Origin: a bacterium
GTDB taxonomy: Bacteria; UBA10199; JADFYH01
DNA: 64,000 nt
Assembly: GCA_046346885.1 (NCBI GenBank)
Contig: JAXMHI010000008.1
Span: 52,049 to 116,048, forward strand
Direction: 5' to 3'
Position numbers and translations under genes: made by a program. The notes under the pieces were generated by a model. It was not told the origin of the DNA, made no database searches, and worked only from the letters and a program-made list of their open reading frames with translations. The first letter of the stretch is position 1; the number at the start of each line of letters is the position of its first letter. Of this stretch, positions 37,746 through 47,977 are shown one piece after another.

Positions 37746-38868
37746 AGAGATTCGGCAGGCCCATCTCTTCAGGCGGATCACTCCGGTCGAGTTCGAGGCC
37801 GATGGGGTGATGCGCATCGACGGGAAAGACTACGTTAATTTTTCCTCCAACAATTACTTGGCAATCGCCCAAGATCCCCGATTGAAAGAGGCCGCCAATG
37901 CGGCCACCCAAGAGTTCGGCGCGGGCAGCGGCGCGTCCCGGCTAGTGACCGGCTCGCTTCAAATTCATCATCGGCTCGAAAATAAAATCGCGGAATTCAA
38001 AGGAACGGAGGCGGCGCTCCTTTTCAACTCGGGCTATCACGCGAACTTGGGCATTCTTACCGCCATGCTTCGGGAAGGCGACGAGGTTTATTCCGACGCG
38101 CTCAATCACGCCTCCATCGTCGACGGTTGCCGTCTTTCGCGGGCGACGGTGAAGGTTTACCGGCATTCGGACGCCTCCCACTTGGAATCGTTGCTCCGAG
38201 AGAGTAACGGAGTTTCTCGTCGTTTGATCGTCACCGATTCGATCTTCAGCATGGACGGGGATGCGGCGCCCTTAAGAGATTTGGCGGATCTTGCCGAAAA
38301 ATACGAGACATGGCTCTTCGTGGACGAAGCTCATGCGACCGGAGTATGCGGTCCGAACGGCAAGGGACTCGTCGAGGAGGTTTGGCCGGGGGAAAGGCCC
38401 GCTTATTTGCGCGAGCGCCTCATTCAAATGGGAACTTTGGGAAAGGCCTTGGGTTCTTTCGGCGCCTATGCGGCGGGAAGTCGGGAGCTGGTTGAATTCC
38501 TCGTGAACCTCTCTCGCCCCTTCATCTACACGACGGCGCTCCCTCCGGGAGTTTCCGCGGCCTCGCTGGCCGCACTTCAAATCGTGGAGAAAGAACCGGA
38601 GCGAAGGCGAAAACTTTGGGGGAATATCCGGTTCTTAAGGGAAAAACTTTTTCCCGACGCCGTTGCGGCGGCAAGCCCCATTTTTCCTTTCATCGTCGGC
38701 GATTCCCAAAAGGCCTTGGATATAAGCCAACGGTTGAAGGAATCGGGGTTTTGGGTGACGGCCATCCGTCATCCGACGGTGGCCCGCGGCACGGAGCGCC
38801 TGCGCATCACCTTGACGGCGGCGCATACGAAGGAGCAGATCGAATCGTTGATCGGGCATTTAAGATGA
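37720..38868 (+). CDS. bioF: 8-amino-7-oxononanoate synthase
   Basis: Class II aminotransferase; PLP-lysine context FSMDGD; GYHANLG; overlaps the bioB end. Confidence 0.85.
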   Translation: MRSLNQEIEEIRQAHLFRRITPVEFEADGVMRIDGKDYVNFSSNNYLAIAQDPRLKEAANAATQEFGAGSGASRLVTGSLQIHHRLENKIAEFKGTEAALLFNSGYHANLGILTAMLREGDEVYSDALNHASIVDGCRLSRATVKVYRHSDASHLESLLRESNGVSRRLIVTDSIFSMDGDAAPLRDLADLAEKYETWLFVDEAHATGVCGPNGKGLVEEVWPGERPAYLRERLIQMGTLGKALGSFGAYAAGSRELVEFLVNLSRPFIYTTALPPGVSAASLAALQIVEKEPERRRKLWGNIRFLREKLFPDAVAAASPIFPFIVGDSQKALDISQRLKESGFWVTAIRHPTVARGTERLRITLTAAHTKEQIESLIGHLR

Positions 38869-40181
38869 ATTCGGACGAAATTAAAAAATTAAAGACTCTC
38901 GACCGGGAACTTCTCTGGCACCCCTTTACCCAAATGAAAGAGTACGAAGGCGAAGAACCGCTTATCGTCGAACGCGGGGAGGGAAACTATCTCGTCGACG
39001 TGGAGGGAAAGAAATATCTCGACGGAATTTCCTCTCTTTGGGTGACCGTGCACGGTCACCGCAAAAAGGAAATCGACGAGGCGGTGAAGAGGCAGATTGA
39101 CCGGGTCGCCCACAGTACCCTGCTCGGCCTCTCGAACGTGCCGGCGATTCAGCTTGCGGAAAAACTGCTCCGGATCGTTCCCCAAAACCTCAAGAAAGTT
39201 TTTTATTCCGACTCCGGTTCCACCTCGGTGGAGATCGCGCTGAAGATCGCCTTCCAATATTTTCACAATCGGGGAAATCAAAAGAAACAAAAGTTCGTCA
39301 CCTTGGAAAACGCCTACCACGGCGACACGATCGGGTCGGTGAGCGTGGGGGGGATGGATCTTTTCCATTCCATTTACCGTCCCTTGCTCTTCGATGCGTA
39401 CAAGATTCCCCGTTTCGATTTGGAGTGGCTGGAAAAATTACTCCAAGACAAGCACGAAGAAATCGCGGGCGTCATCGTCGAGCCCCACATCCAGGGGGCG
39501 GCGGGGATGCTCTTGCAACCGTCCGGATTCTTGACGAAGCTGCGCGCGCTCACCCGGAAATACGAGACCCTCCTCATCGTCGACGAAGTGGCCACCGGCT
39601 TCGGCCGGACGGGCAAGATGTTCGCCTGCGAACACGAAGGGGTCGAGCCCGATCTTCTTTGTCTCGCCAAGGGGATCACGGGCGGTTATTTGCCGCTCGC
39701 CGCCACGCTCGCGACCCAAGCGGTCTATGACGGATTTTATGCGGATTACGCCGCTCTTAAGACCTTCTTCCACGGCCACACTTACACGGGCAATCCCCTC
39801 GCCTGCGCCGCGGCGATCGCCAATTTGGAGATCTTCGAAGAGGAGCCGGTGATCGAGCAGGTTCAAAAGAAGGCCCGTTTGTTTCAAGAACTTCTTATCC
39901 CCCTCTCCAAGCATCCCCATGTGAAGGAAGTGCGGCAGTTGGGCCTCATGGTGGGAATTGAGCTTGTCAAAGACAAGAAAAACGGGGTGGAATATCCCCT
40001 CGAAGCGCGCATCGGCCACCGGGTGACCTGGGCGGCGCGGCGGAGGGGAATCATCCTCCGTCCCTTAGGTTCTGTCATCGTTCTCATGCCGCCCCTCTCC
40101 ATTTCGGAGGAAGAACTAAAAATTTTGGCCGAGGGGGCCGCCCGGTCGATCGAGGAAGCGACTTCGTCATTCGAGGGATAG
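38865..40181 (+). CDS. bioA: Adenosylmethionine-8-amino-7-oxononanoate aminotransferase
   Basis: Class III aminotransferase motifs (LLWHPFTQ, DEVATGFGRTGKMFA). ATG overlaps the bioF stop (ATGA). The ORF track start at 38616 is an upstream read-through. Confidence 0.9.
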   Translation: MNSDEIKKLKTLDRELLWHPFTQMKEYEGEEPLIVERGEGNYLVDVEGKKYLDGISSLWVTVHGHRKKEIDEAVKRQIDRVAHSTLLGLSNVPAIQLAEKLLRIVPQNLKKVFYSDSGSTSVEIALKIAFQYFHNRGNQKKQKFVTLENAYHGDTIGSVSVGGMDLFHSIYRPLLFDAYKIPRFDLEWLEKLLQDKHEEIAGVIVEPHIQGAAGMLLQPSGFLTKLRALTRKYETLLIVDEVATGFGRTGKMFACEHEGVEPDLLCLAKGITGGYLPLAATLATQAVYDGFYADYAALKTFFHGHTYTGNPLACAAAIANLEIFEEEPVIEQVQKKARLFQELLIPLSKHPHVKEVRQLGLMVGIELVKDKKNGVEYPLEARIGHRVTWAARRRGIILRPLGSVIVLMPPLSISEEELKILAEGAARSIEEATSSFEG

Positions 40182-40907
<726 letters not shown>

Positions 40908-40908
40908 G

Positions 40909-40956
40909 GAAATAGGAGGCAAGGAGTTTCCTCCTGTTTTGAATGCCTCCTATTTC
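40909..40956. terminator. Putative bidirectional terminator between bioD and nrdJ
   Basis: 13-bp perfect inverted repeat GAAATAGGAGGCA...TGCCTCCTATTTC enclosing a smaller GGAGG/CCTCC hairpin, with T-runs. Confidence 0.45.
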
Positions 40957-41030
40957 CGAGGGAAAATTTTTAATAATGAACTTGTCATTCCCGCCTTGAG
41001 TGTTCACGGAGAGTAGGGGGCGAAGATTCT

Positions 41031-43847
41031 TTAGTGCCCTTCCTTACACTCCGGGCACGACCAGCTTCCGTTCAATTTCTTAAAAGGTTTCCCGCAATCC
41101 GCGCAGGCGGCAATGGGGGCCGATTCCGCGGAGAGATGATTTTCCCCCGAAGGAGCGTCTTTTGTCTCCACCGACTTCCTTTCGTCTTTCAACGTCGGCT
41201 CCTCCGGTTGGGGGAGGATGGCGGGGGCGGGCGCTTCCATTTGTTTTTGAGGCGCCATGCGGTTTCCGTCGATGCCCAGGTGCAGGCAGATCGCCTGGGC
41301 GATGGCGTCCGTGCAGGAGGGAAGCGTTTCCGGGCCGCGTGCGGCGCCGGAGCAGGAAATGCCGTGGAGTTGGTCGAAGACCTCCCGCGGGTCGATGCCG
41401 CAACGGAAGGCCAACGTGATCATCCGCGAGACCGCCTCGTTTTGGCTCGCCGTGCAACCGCCCGATTTTCCCAGTTGGGCGAAGAGTTCGAAGGGGCCCT
41501 GGGGGTCGTCGTTGATCGTCACGTAAAGGTTGCCGCAGGTGGTTTTCACCTTATAGGTGCTTCCCGTCAGGCGGTCCGGGCGAAGGCGGGGAACGAGATA
41601 AGAACTTTCACGGGAACTCTTCGTCTCCGGCGCGGAAGCGGCGGCGGGAGAGAGGCCTGTTTGGGTTGTTTCTTCCTCTTGCCGAGCTTCCGTTTTTTCT
41701 GCGGGAAGGTTCTGAGCTTCCTCGGACGTTTTTTGGGGAACGGCTTCTCCGACGCGCTTCAGGCAAAGACTTTTCAAATTCAAGTCCACGGCCTTTTGAA
41801 CCATGTCGGCCAATAGTTCTTCCTCAAGGGTGGCGGGCACGGGGCAGAATTTCGTGACGCCTTGGTCGAAGTGCCTCTCGAAGGCGTTCGCCATGCGCAG
41901 GTGCCATTCCCATTCGATGTCTTGCGCCCCCACGAAAACTTTCCTTACGTCTTTCGGGATTTCCAAGACCTCCTGAAGCGATCCGCTCTCGACGATCTTC
42001 CGGTAAACCGCCTCATGCGAGAAATTCCGCTGTTTGGCCACTTCCGCCAAAAAGGGGTGCACGAGGTATTGCGCCTTTCCGTTCGCTCCCGGCGCCTGCG
42101 CGACCAGGATGGAGTGGGGCTCGATGCCCGGCGCCACCTGGGCGATATTGGAAGGGACGGGATCCCACAAGAGCGAGGTTAAGTGGGCGTTGCGGACGGG
42201 AATCCCCCGCTTTTGCCAGAGGCTGCCGATGTAGTTGGGAAAGACGCCGCGCGTTTTGGCGAGCTCCGAGGAGGCGGCCACCGCCTCCTCTTGGATGAAC
42301 TGCGCCAGCCGCGAGGCAAGGTCGAGGGCCTCGTCGCTGTTGTAGGGGATTCTCAAAATGTAGAGCAGATCGGCCCAGCCCATGACCCCCAAGCTTAAAG
42401 ATCGGTTGGATTTGGTGATCCTCTCCGATGCTTCGCTGGGGTAAGAGATGAAATCGATGGCGTTGTCCAAGAAATGGACGGCGTGCCTCACGGCCCGCCG
42501 CAATCGATCCCAACTGATGTCCTCGTCGTCCACCATGGCCACCAGGTTCAAGGCTGCCGAAGGAACCCATTGGCCGGAGTAGAGAAGGGAAGGGCTTACC
42601 GGGCTGGGAACCCGATCGGCTCTCATTTGAGGCGTTAAGTCTTGCTCCTGGGATCGCTCCAAGAAAAAGAGCCTTAAGGTGCTCGCGGCCAGCAGGCACT
42701 GGCGCAAGACCCGAACGAGAGAATCACGGCCCCCCAAGGCCGGTTCGGGTGATCCCGTGAGAGCGGAAGGCGGGTCGAAGGGTCTTCCTGACACCCCTAA
42801 AGAGAGGGCGAAATAAGAACGGTTTTCTTCTTTTTGCAGCCATTGAAGGAAAGAGGAGGAAACAGAAGCGTCTTTATCTTCCGTGCTTTCTCCCGTTTTG
42901 AGCAGCGTCTCCAAGTTGAGGTAGAGATCTTGCCGGGGCGCCGCTTTCGAGCTTCGAACGCCGTGCTCCAAGGTCGTCTTGAGCAGGTTGAGCAATAAGA
43001 TCTCCGCATCGGCGCTTTCGGAAAGATCCAACCCCAGGCATAGCGCAAGCGATTCCTTTTGGGCGCTTTCGATCGTCTGCAGGGTTTCGTAGAGATTTTC
43101 CGTTTTCGGTTTCACCGAAAGACCCCACATCATGCCGGGGGATTTTTGCGTCGCCAGGTCCGCGCGAAGCAGGGCGGCGCCGGGGAGGAAGGAGAGCGTC
43201 GCCCATTCGTTGTAAAAATGAACGGAGCCGGCTTCCAAATCCGCGGTTGCATCGTAGAACGCGTCGCCTTGGGCGATTTTTTGGCTGAAGCGCTCGAGAA
43301 ACTCCTCCGCCTTTTGCGGCGCGTTTTCGCCTCCGATCGATGTTAAGTCGTCGAGCGCTTTCCGTCCTTCTTCCGACCATAAGAGATCTTCCCGAATGGG
43401 CCGTGACTTGACGGGTTTCAGCTCGAAACGAAGGGAGGGCTGCGAGGGGGCGAAAGGTTGTGTGGCTTTCATAGTCTTTCCCGGTAAATTTTTGGGGGAT
43501 TCGGCGGGTGCCTTTCCGGAAGCCGTTTTGAGGGAGCTCACTTTTTTTGGCAAGGGAGGTGCTTCTTGGTTGCGGGGGGAACGGATTTCGATGAGGCCTA
43601 ATTCTTCCAGCTTAAACCGTACGAGTTCGGAAACGAGCTCGGCGGTGACGTTTTCCGGATTTTGCTCGCGAAGTTCCATTTCCACTTCGAGGGCGATAAG
43701 CTCCGCGATCGGTTTTGTTATTTTGGGATTGCAGAGGCTTAAGAGTTCTTCCACCAAACGGGCGCCGTTGAAATGAAGAAGAGGGGCGGCAGGGGGATGC
43801 TTTTCATCGGCAGCGAAATTTTCTCGAGCGGATGATCCCTGACTCAT
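41031..43847 (-). CDS. nrdJ: Class II (adenosylcobalamin-dependent) ribonucleotide reductase, NrdJ-like
   Basis: C-terminal region TCGNLYVTIN...SGGCTASQ...FRCGIDP and the terminal CxxC...CPEC zinc-ribbon tail are typical of NrdJ; N-terminal ATP-cone-like region. ATG at 43847 has SD GGAGG. Confidence 0.75.
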   Translation of the reverse strand: MSQGSSARENFAADEKHPPAAPLLHFNGARLVEELLSLCNPKITKPIAELIALEVEMELREQNPENVTAELVSELVRFKLEELGLIEIRSPRNQEAPPLPKKVSSLKTASGKAPAESPKNLPGKTMKATQPFAPSQPSLRFELKPVKSRPIREDLLWSEEGRKALDDLTSIGGENAPQKAEEFLERFSQKIAQGDAFYDATADLEAGSVHFYNEWATLSFLPGAALLRADLATQKSPGMMWGLSVKPKTENLYETLQTIESAQKESLALCLGLDLSESADAEILLLNLLKTTLEHGVRSSKAAPRQDLYLNLETLLKTGESTEDKDASVSSSFLQWLQKEENRSYFALSLGVSGRPFDPPSALTGSPEPALGGRDSLVRVLRQCLLAASTLRLFFLERSQEQDLTPQMRADRVPSPVSPSLLYSGQWVPSAALNLVAMVDDEDISWDRLRRAVRHAVHFLDNAIDFISYPSEASERITKSNRSLSLGVMGWADLLYILRIPYNSDEALDLASRLAQFIQEEAVAASSELAKTRGVFPNYIGSLWQKRGIPVRNAHLTSLLWDPVPSNIAQVAPGIEPHSILVAQAPGANGKAQYLVHPFLAEVAKQRNFSHEAVYRKIVESGSLQEVLEIPKDVRKVFVGAQDIEWEWHLRMANAFERHFDQGVTKFCPVPATLEEELLADMVQKAVDLNLKSLCLKRVGEAVPQKTSEEAQNLPAEKTEARQEEETTQTGLSPAAASAPETKSSRESSYLVPRLRPDRLTGSTYKVKTTCGNLYVTINDDPQGPFELFAQLGKSGGCTASQNEAVSRMITLAFRCGIDPREVFDQLHGISCSGAARGPETLPSCTDAIAQAICLHLGIDGNRMAPQKQMEAPAPAILPQPEEPTLKDERKSVETKDAPSGENHLSAESAPIAACADCGKPFKKLNGSWSCPECKEGH

Positions 43848-43952
43848 AAAGGTCGCCTCCAAGAAGATTGTTGTGAACAAGTCTTAAATGTATGTTGCAT
43901 CGATTCTTTTAAGATCTTATCCCCAGCTAATCCACATTAATTCACAAGAAAT

Positions 43953-43999
43953 CCACAACATAATGTGGTTAACTTAAATTGAACCACAACATATTGTGG
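43953..43999. promoter_or_regulatory. Tandem NrdR boxes upstream of nrdJ
   Basis: CCACAACATAATGTGG (43953-43968) and CCACAACATATTGTGG (43984-43999) are palindromic 16-mers spaced 31 bp apart; they match the NrdR-box consensus acaCwAtATaTwGtgt. Confidence 0.65.
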
Positions 44000-44573
44000 T
44001 GTCTGGGGTCGGTCAAGGAGATTGAGTGGCGGAGAAGTGAAGTTTTTATAAAAACTAAAAAATTATCATGAGTTAAAGCAGAATAAAAAAATGAAGAGAG
44101 AAAGGAACGAAAAAGCTCCTTGTGGAAGTATTTTTACAAGTGCCTAGAATGACAGACGAAAAAAAAGATTTTTTGAAAAGCACAAAGAGATCGATGGAAA
44201 AGGATGAAGCAAGAGGTTTTTTTCGGAAGAAGCCCTCCTTATTTATTGAAGAAGAACTCGGGGAAATAAAAAATCAAAGACCCGCTTTTTCCATCTACCA
44301 AAGATTTGGGATCGTGATAGAGGTGTTAGAACTTTTTTTACTCATTTGAGGTTTTGACACGAACCAACGCGAGAGAAAGTAACGATAATAAAAGAAAGCA
44401 ATCACGGCCCAAAGTATTGACACTGCTCGGAGCATTCAATATACTTCTGAAAAATCAAATCTTTGGGTCAGGTTTTCAATTAAAAAAGAAGTCCTAAATT
44501 ACGAATCATTTTGAAACTCATGCGGGTGAGCCCGTGAAGCAAGAAGGCTTCCCGCGTTGCTTTTGAGGTTGTA

Positions 44574-46719
44574 GTGGTCAAGAAGATCCTTTTGCTATTG
44601 GTGGGTGCGAGTTTGCTGGCTTCATGCGGCGAGCTGCCCGCTCCCCGCAGCGCTTCCAATAAAGGATCCCACAGCAGCAAGTCGAAAGCCCCCGCCAAAA
44701 AATACGCCTATTACGACCAGAACGTCGATCCCGCCAATCAAGATTCCATCGAAGACCTCATCTACTCCGAGCTTTCCAAGAGACAACAAGGATTGCTGAA
44801 AAAATACAGCGTGCCCACGAGCATTCATTCGCTGGCCGGGGTGAAGTTCGACATTCCCATGACGATGAATGAAAAGGTGCGAGTGGATCGACTATTTCGC
44901 CAACGGGAGCGGCCGAAAACATTTCGAGCGTTATCTTTCCCGTTCCACTCGCTTCGTTCCCACCGAGCTGCGCATTTTGAAGGAAAACCGGGTGCCGAAA
45001 GATTTGATCTTTCTTTCCATGATCGAGAGCGGTTTCAACACGCACGCTTACTCGAGCGCCGCGGCGTCCGGCTTATGGCAGTTCATCCGCTCCACGGGAC
45101 GTCTGTATGGTTTGGATTCGGATTATTGGGTCGACGAGAGGCGAGATCCAGAGAAGGCGACCCTCGCCGCGGCCCGGCATTTGCGCGATCTGTACGAAGA
45201 GTTCGGCGATTGGTACCTAGCCTTCGCCGCATATAACGCCGGCGCCGGAAAGGTGCGGCGTGCCATCGAGGCCGTCGGTTCGCGCAATTTCTGGGAATTG
45301 GCTTCCACCAGCTATTTGAGGCAAGAGACGAAAGATTACGTGCCGAAAATCCTGGCCGCCGCGATCATCTCGAAATCCCCCGAAAAGTACGGTTTCCGTG
45401 ACGTGTCCTACCAGGATCCGATTGCCACCGAAACGGTGACGGTTTCTTCCTCCACCGACTTGGATGTTGTCGCCGATTGCGCGGGAGTCGATACCGACCT
45501 GATCCGACTCATCAATCCGGAGCTCATCCGAAACGTGACGCCGCCCAATCGGCCAGAGTATCGGGTTTTCTTGCCGCGCGGCACGCGCTCCAATTTCGAG
45601 AGAAAATATGCCCACCTCGATTCGGGCCAGCGCTTGAAAAACGTCCGCTACGTGGCTCAACGAGGAGATACGCTCCGTTCCATCGCCCAAGACCACGGTG
45701 TGAGTGTTTCCAGTTTGATCAACGCGAACCCTTCGCTTGAGGGGCGCAATAGCGTTCCTTCCGGCACGACCTTGGTCGTGCCGAAGGCCTTCGATTCCCC
45801 TCCGCCGGTGCCGGTGGCTTCGGCATATCCTTCTACTTCCCGCGGAAAACGTCTCATCGATTTGATCGCCGACAAGGACGAAAACGAGATCAAAACTTCG
45901 AAGAAGGATAAGAAGGTTAAGAATCAAAAAGTGAAGTCGCCCGTCGAAGAAGAAAGCGGCAACGACGGCGAGATGAAGGTGGTGTGGAAGGATAAAGAAA
46001 AGAGCGCCGAACCGAAGCCCGCGCCGGCAGTGAAAAAAGTGGAAGAAGAAAAAGCGGATACGGTAACCGCGAAAAACGAAAATGCGGCCGAACCGGCCGC
46101 CAAACCGGAAGGTGAGAGCGGAAACAAAGCCTCCGACACGGATCAAAAAATCGCGGAAGCTTTGGATAAAGTCGGCACAGGCGATTCACAAAATGCCGAT
46201 GAGGCCGCTCAAGAGAACGGCGCCATCCGAGTGAAGCCTTCCGGCGAAGATCCCCGCGTGGCCTTGAAGGCCAAAACGAAGAAAGCCGAAAAAGAACCGG
46301 CCGAGACGAAGGTGTCTTATAAGGTGAAGCGGGGAGAAAGTCTCGCTACGATCGCCGAAAAGTACGACGTGACCGTTTCCGAATTGAAGGAATGGAACCA
46401 CCTGAAGGGCAAGAAAGGGCTTCTCGCCAACCAGAGGCTGGTCATTTATAAGGAAGCCCCCGCTAAAGAAACTTCTTCCCGAGCCCCCGCGAAGCTCGCC
46501 GAGCAAGACGGGAAGGGTAAGCGCAAGGCCGCGGAGAAGGCCAAGCCGAAAGTGATCGCCTATAAAGTGCGGCCCGGCGACACGATCAACAAGATCGCCA
46601 AGCGTTATGAATTAACTCCTTCCGAAATCATTACCTTTAATGGTCTCTCCAAAAAGACGGCTTTGAAACCCGGCCTCGTTTTGAGAATTCCCGCTAAATC
46701 GTCCACTTCGCGCGGTTAA
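44574..46719 (+). CDS. mltD: Membrane-bound lytic murein transglycosylase D-like (lipoprotein, SLT domain, 3x LysM), with an apparent frameshift near 44880
   Basis: Lipobox LLASCG in the ORF at 44574. The SLT motif IESGFNTHAYSSAAASGLWQF and three LysM repeats are in the ORF at 44869. The two ORFs join across one frame change (…NEKVRV / WIDYFANG…). Confidence 0.7.
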
Positions 46720-46941
46720 GTTGCTTACAAGCTTCCCCATTCAAAAGATGAAAGAAGTGCGTGGAATTGCGTAAAAGCGAAAGCGGACCTTTTTCTTTTT
46801 TCTAAAAAAATCCGTGAAATTCCCGTCAGGTGTAATTCTCAATTTAACTTGCCGCACATCCACGCGTCATTTGGACACCTTTGAGGGAAGGACGCACGCA
46901 TAGGGCGAGCGATTGGCATCGGTGGAAAAAAAGGAGGCTTT

Positions 46942-47868
46942 ATGCGTATAGGGAAAGCACTCGTTTTCCTGTGTCTTTTGTGGATGACCGCCTGCGGTTC
47001 TTCCACCTCCGGCCAGCCCGCGCCGGCTCTCTTATCACCGGGCGATTACAATCAAACCCTTTTTGCAGGCGGCGTTCAGCGCCGGTACATCCTTCACGTT
47101 CCTTCCGGCTATGACGGCTCGAAGGCCTTGCCCCTCTTGTTCGTTTTGCACGGTCACGGTGGGTCGGCGGAAGCGATGAGGCAGAGCACGGGCTTCAACC
47201 AAAAAGCGGATGAGGAAAGTTTTTTTGTTGCCTATCTTCAGGGAACGCTCGGGTCAGACGGTGTGCCCGGATGGAATACCGGGATCAGCCCGGGTCTCGA
47301 TATCAACGTGGATGACGTGGATTTCGTGCGGATGGTGGCCTCGCAACTGCAAGGGCAAGTAATCGTGGATGCGAACCGTATCTATGCCGCCGGCTTCTCC
47401 AACGGGGGTATGATGTCCCACCGGCTCGGAGCGGAGCTCTCCGACCTACTGGCCGGTGTCGCCGTCGTGGAGGGCACGATCGGAGTTCGTCAGCCCGACG
47501 GGACGTTTTTAACGACCTCGATTCCGATGGGGCCGATTCCCGTGCTGATGATTCATGGGAAGCAAGACGCCACTCTTCCCTATGAGGGAGGCCCGTCGGG
47601 AGTGGGTGAGCATCTCGAAGTGAAATCGGCCGCGGATGCCGTCGCTTTTTGGAACCAAGCCGATGTTTGTGCGGGATCCGCTCAGACGCAAACCAGCGTG
47701 GACGGGAACACGATCACCGCCGACTACGCGGCTTGCGCTTTCGGCAGCGAAGTGGAGTTGATTACTTTGGTGAATGGAATTCACCAGTGGCCCAATCCGG
47801 GGAATCCGGGAGAAATCTCGGGGAGTGATGCGGTTTGGGATTTCTTCGCGCGGCATTCGAAGAGCTGA
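46942..47868 (+). CDS. Lipoprotein alpha/beta-hydrolase, esterase / PHB-depolymerase-like family
   Basis: Lipobox LWMTACG; PLLFVLHGHGGS and nucleophile-elbow GFSNGG motifs. Confidence 0.65.
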   Translation: MRIGKALVFLCLLWMTACGSSTSGQPAPALLSPGDYNQTLFAGGVQRRYILHVPSGYDGSKALPLLFVLHGHGGSAEAMRQSTGFNQKADEESFFVAYLQGTLGSDGVPGWNTGISPGLDINVDDVDFVRMVASQLQGQVIVDANRIYAAGFSNGGMMSHRLGAELSDLLAGVAVVEGTIGVRQPDGTFLTTSIPMGPIPVLMIHGKQDATLPYEGGPSGVGEHLEVKSAADAVAFWNQADVCAGSAQTQTSVDGNTITADYAACAFGSEVELITLVNGIHQWPNPGNPGEISGSDAVWDFFARHSKS

Positions 47869-47902
47869 TCTGTGAATTATTATCGAGCTTTTCGTATTCG
47901 AA

Positions 47903-47929
47903 CCCCCTCCCGGGAAGGGAGGGGGTTTT
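47903..47929. terminator. Bidirectional intrinsic terminator between the esterase gene and the giant kinase-EBP gene
   Basis: CCCCCTCCC-gggaa-GGGAGGGGG followed by TTTT. Confidence 0.65.
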
Positions 47930-47977
47930 AAAATGGACGATTAGGATGAGAAAATGGGACGCGACTTAAACCGTTTC

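Noticed and set aside
44122-44349. 75-aa ORF in the AT-rich nrdJ/mltD intergenic region
   Set aside because: Low-complexity Lys/Glu-rich sequence with no SD. It overlaps the region containing the NrdR-regulated promoter and is likely spurious.
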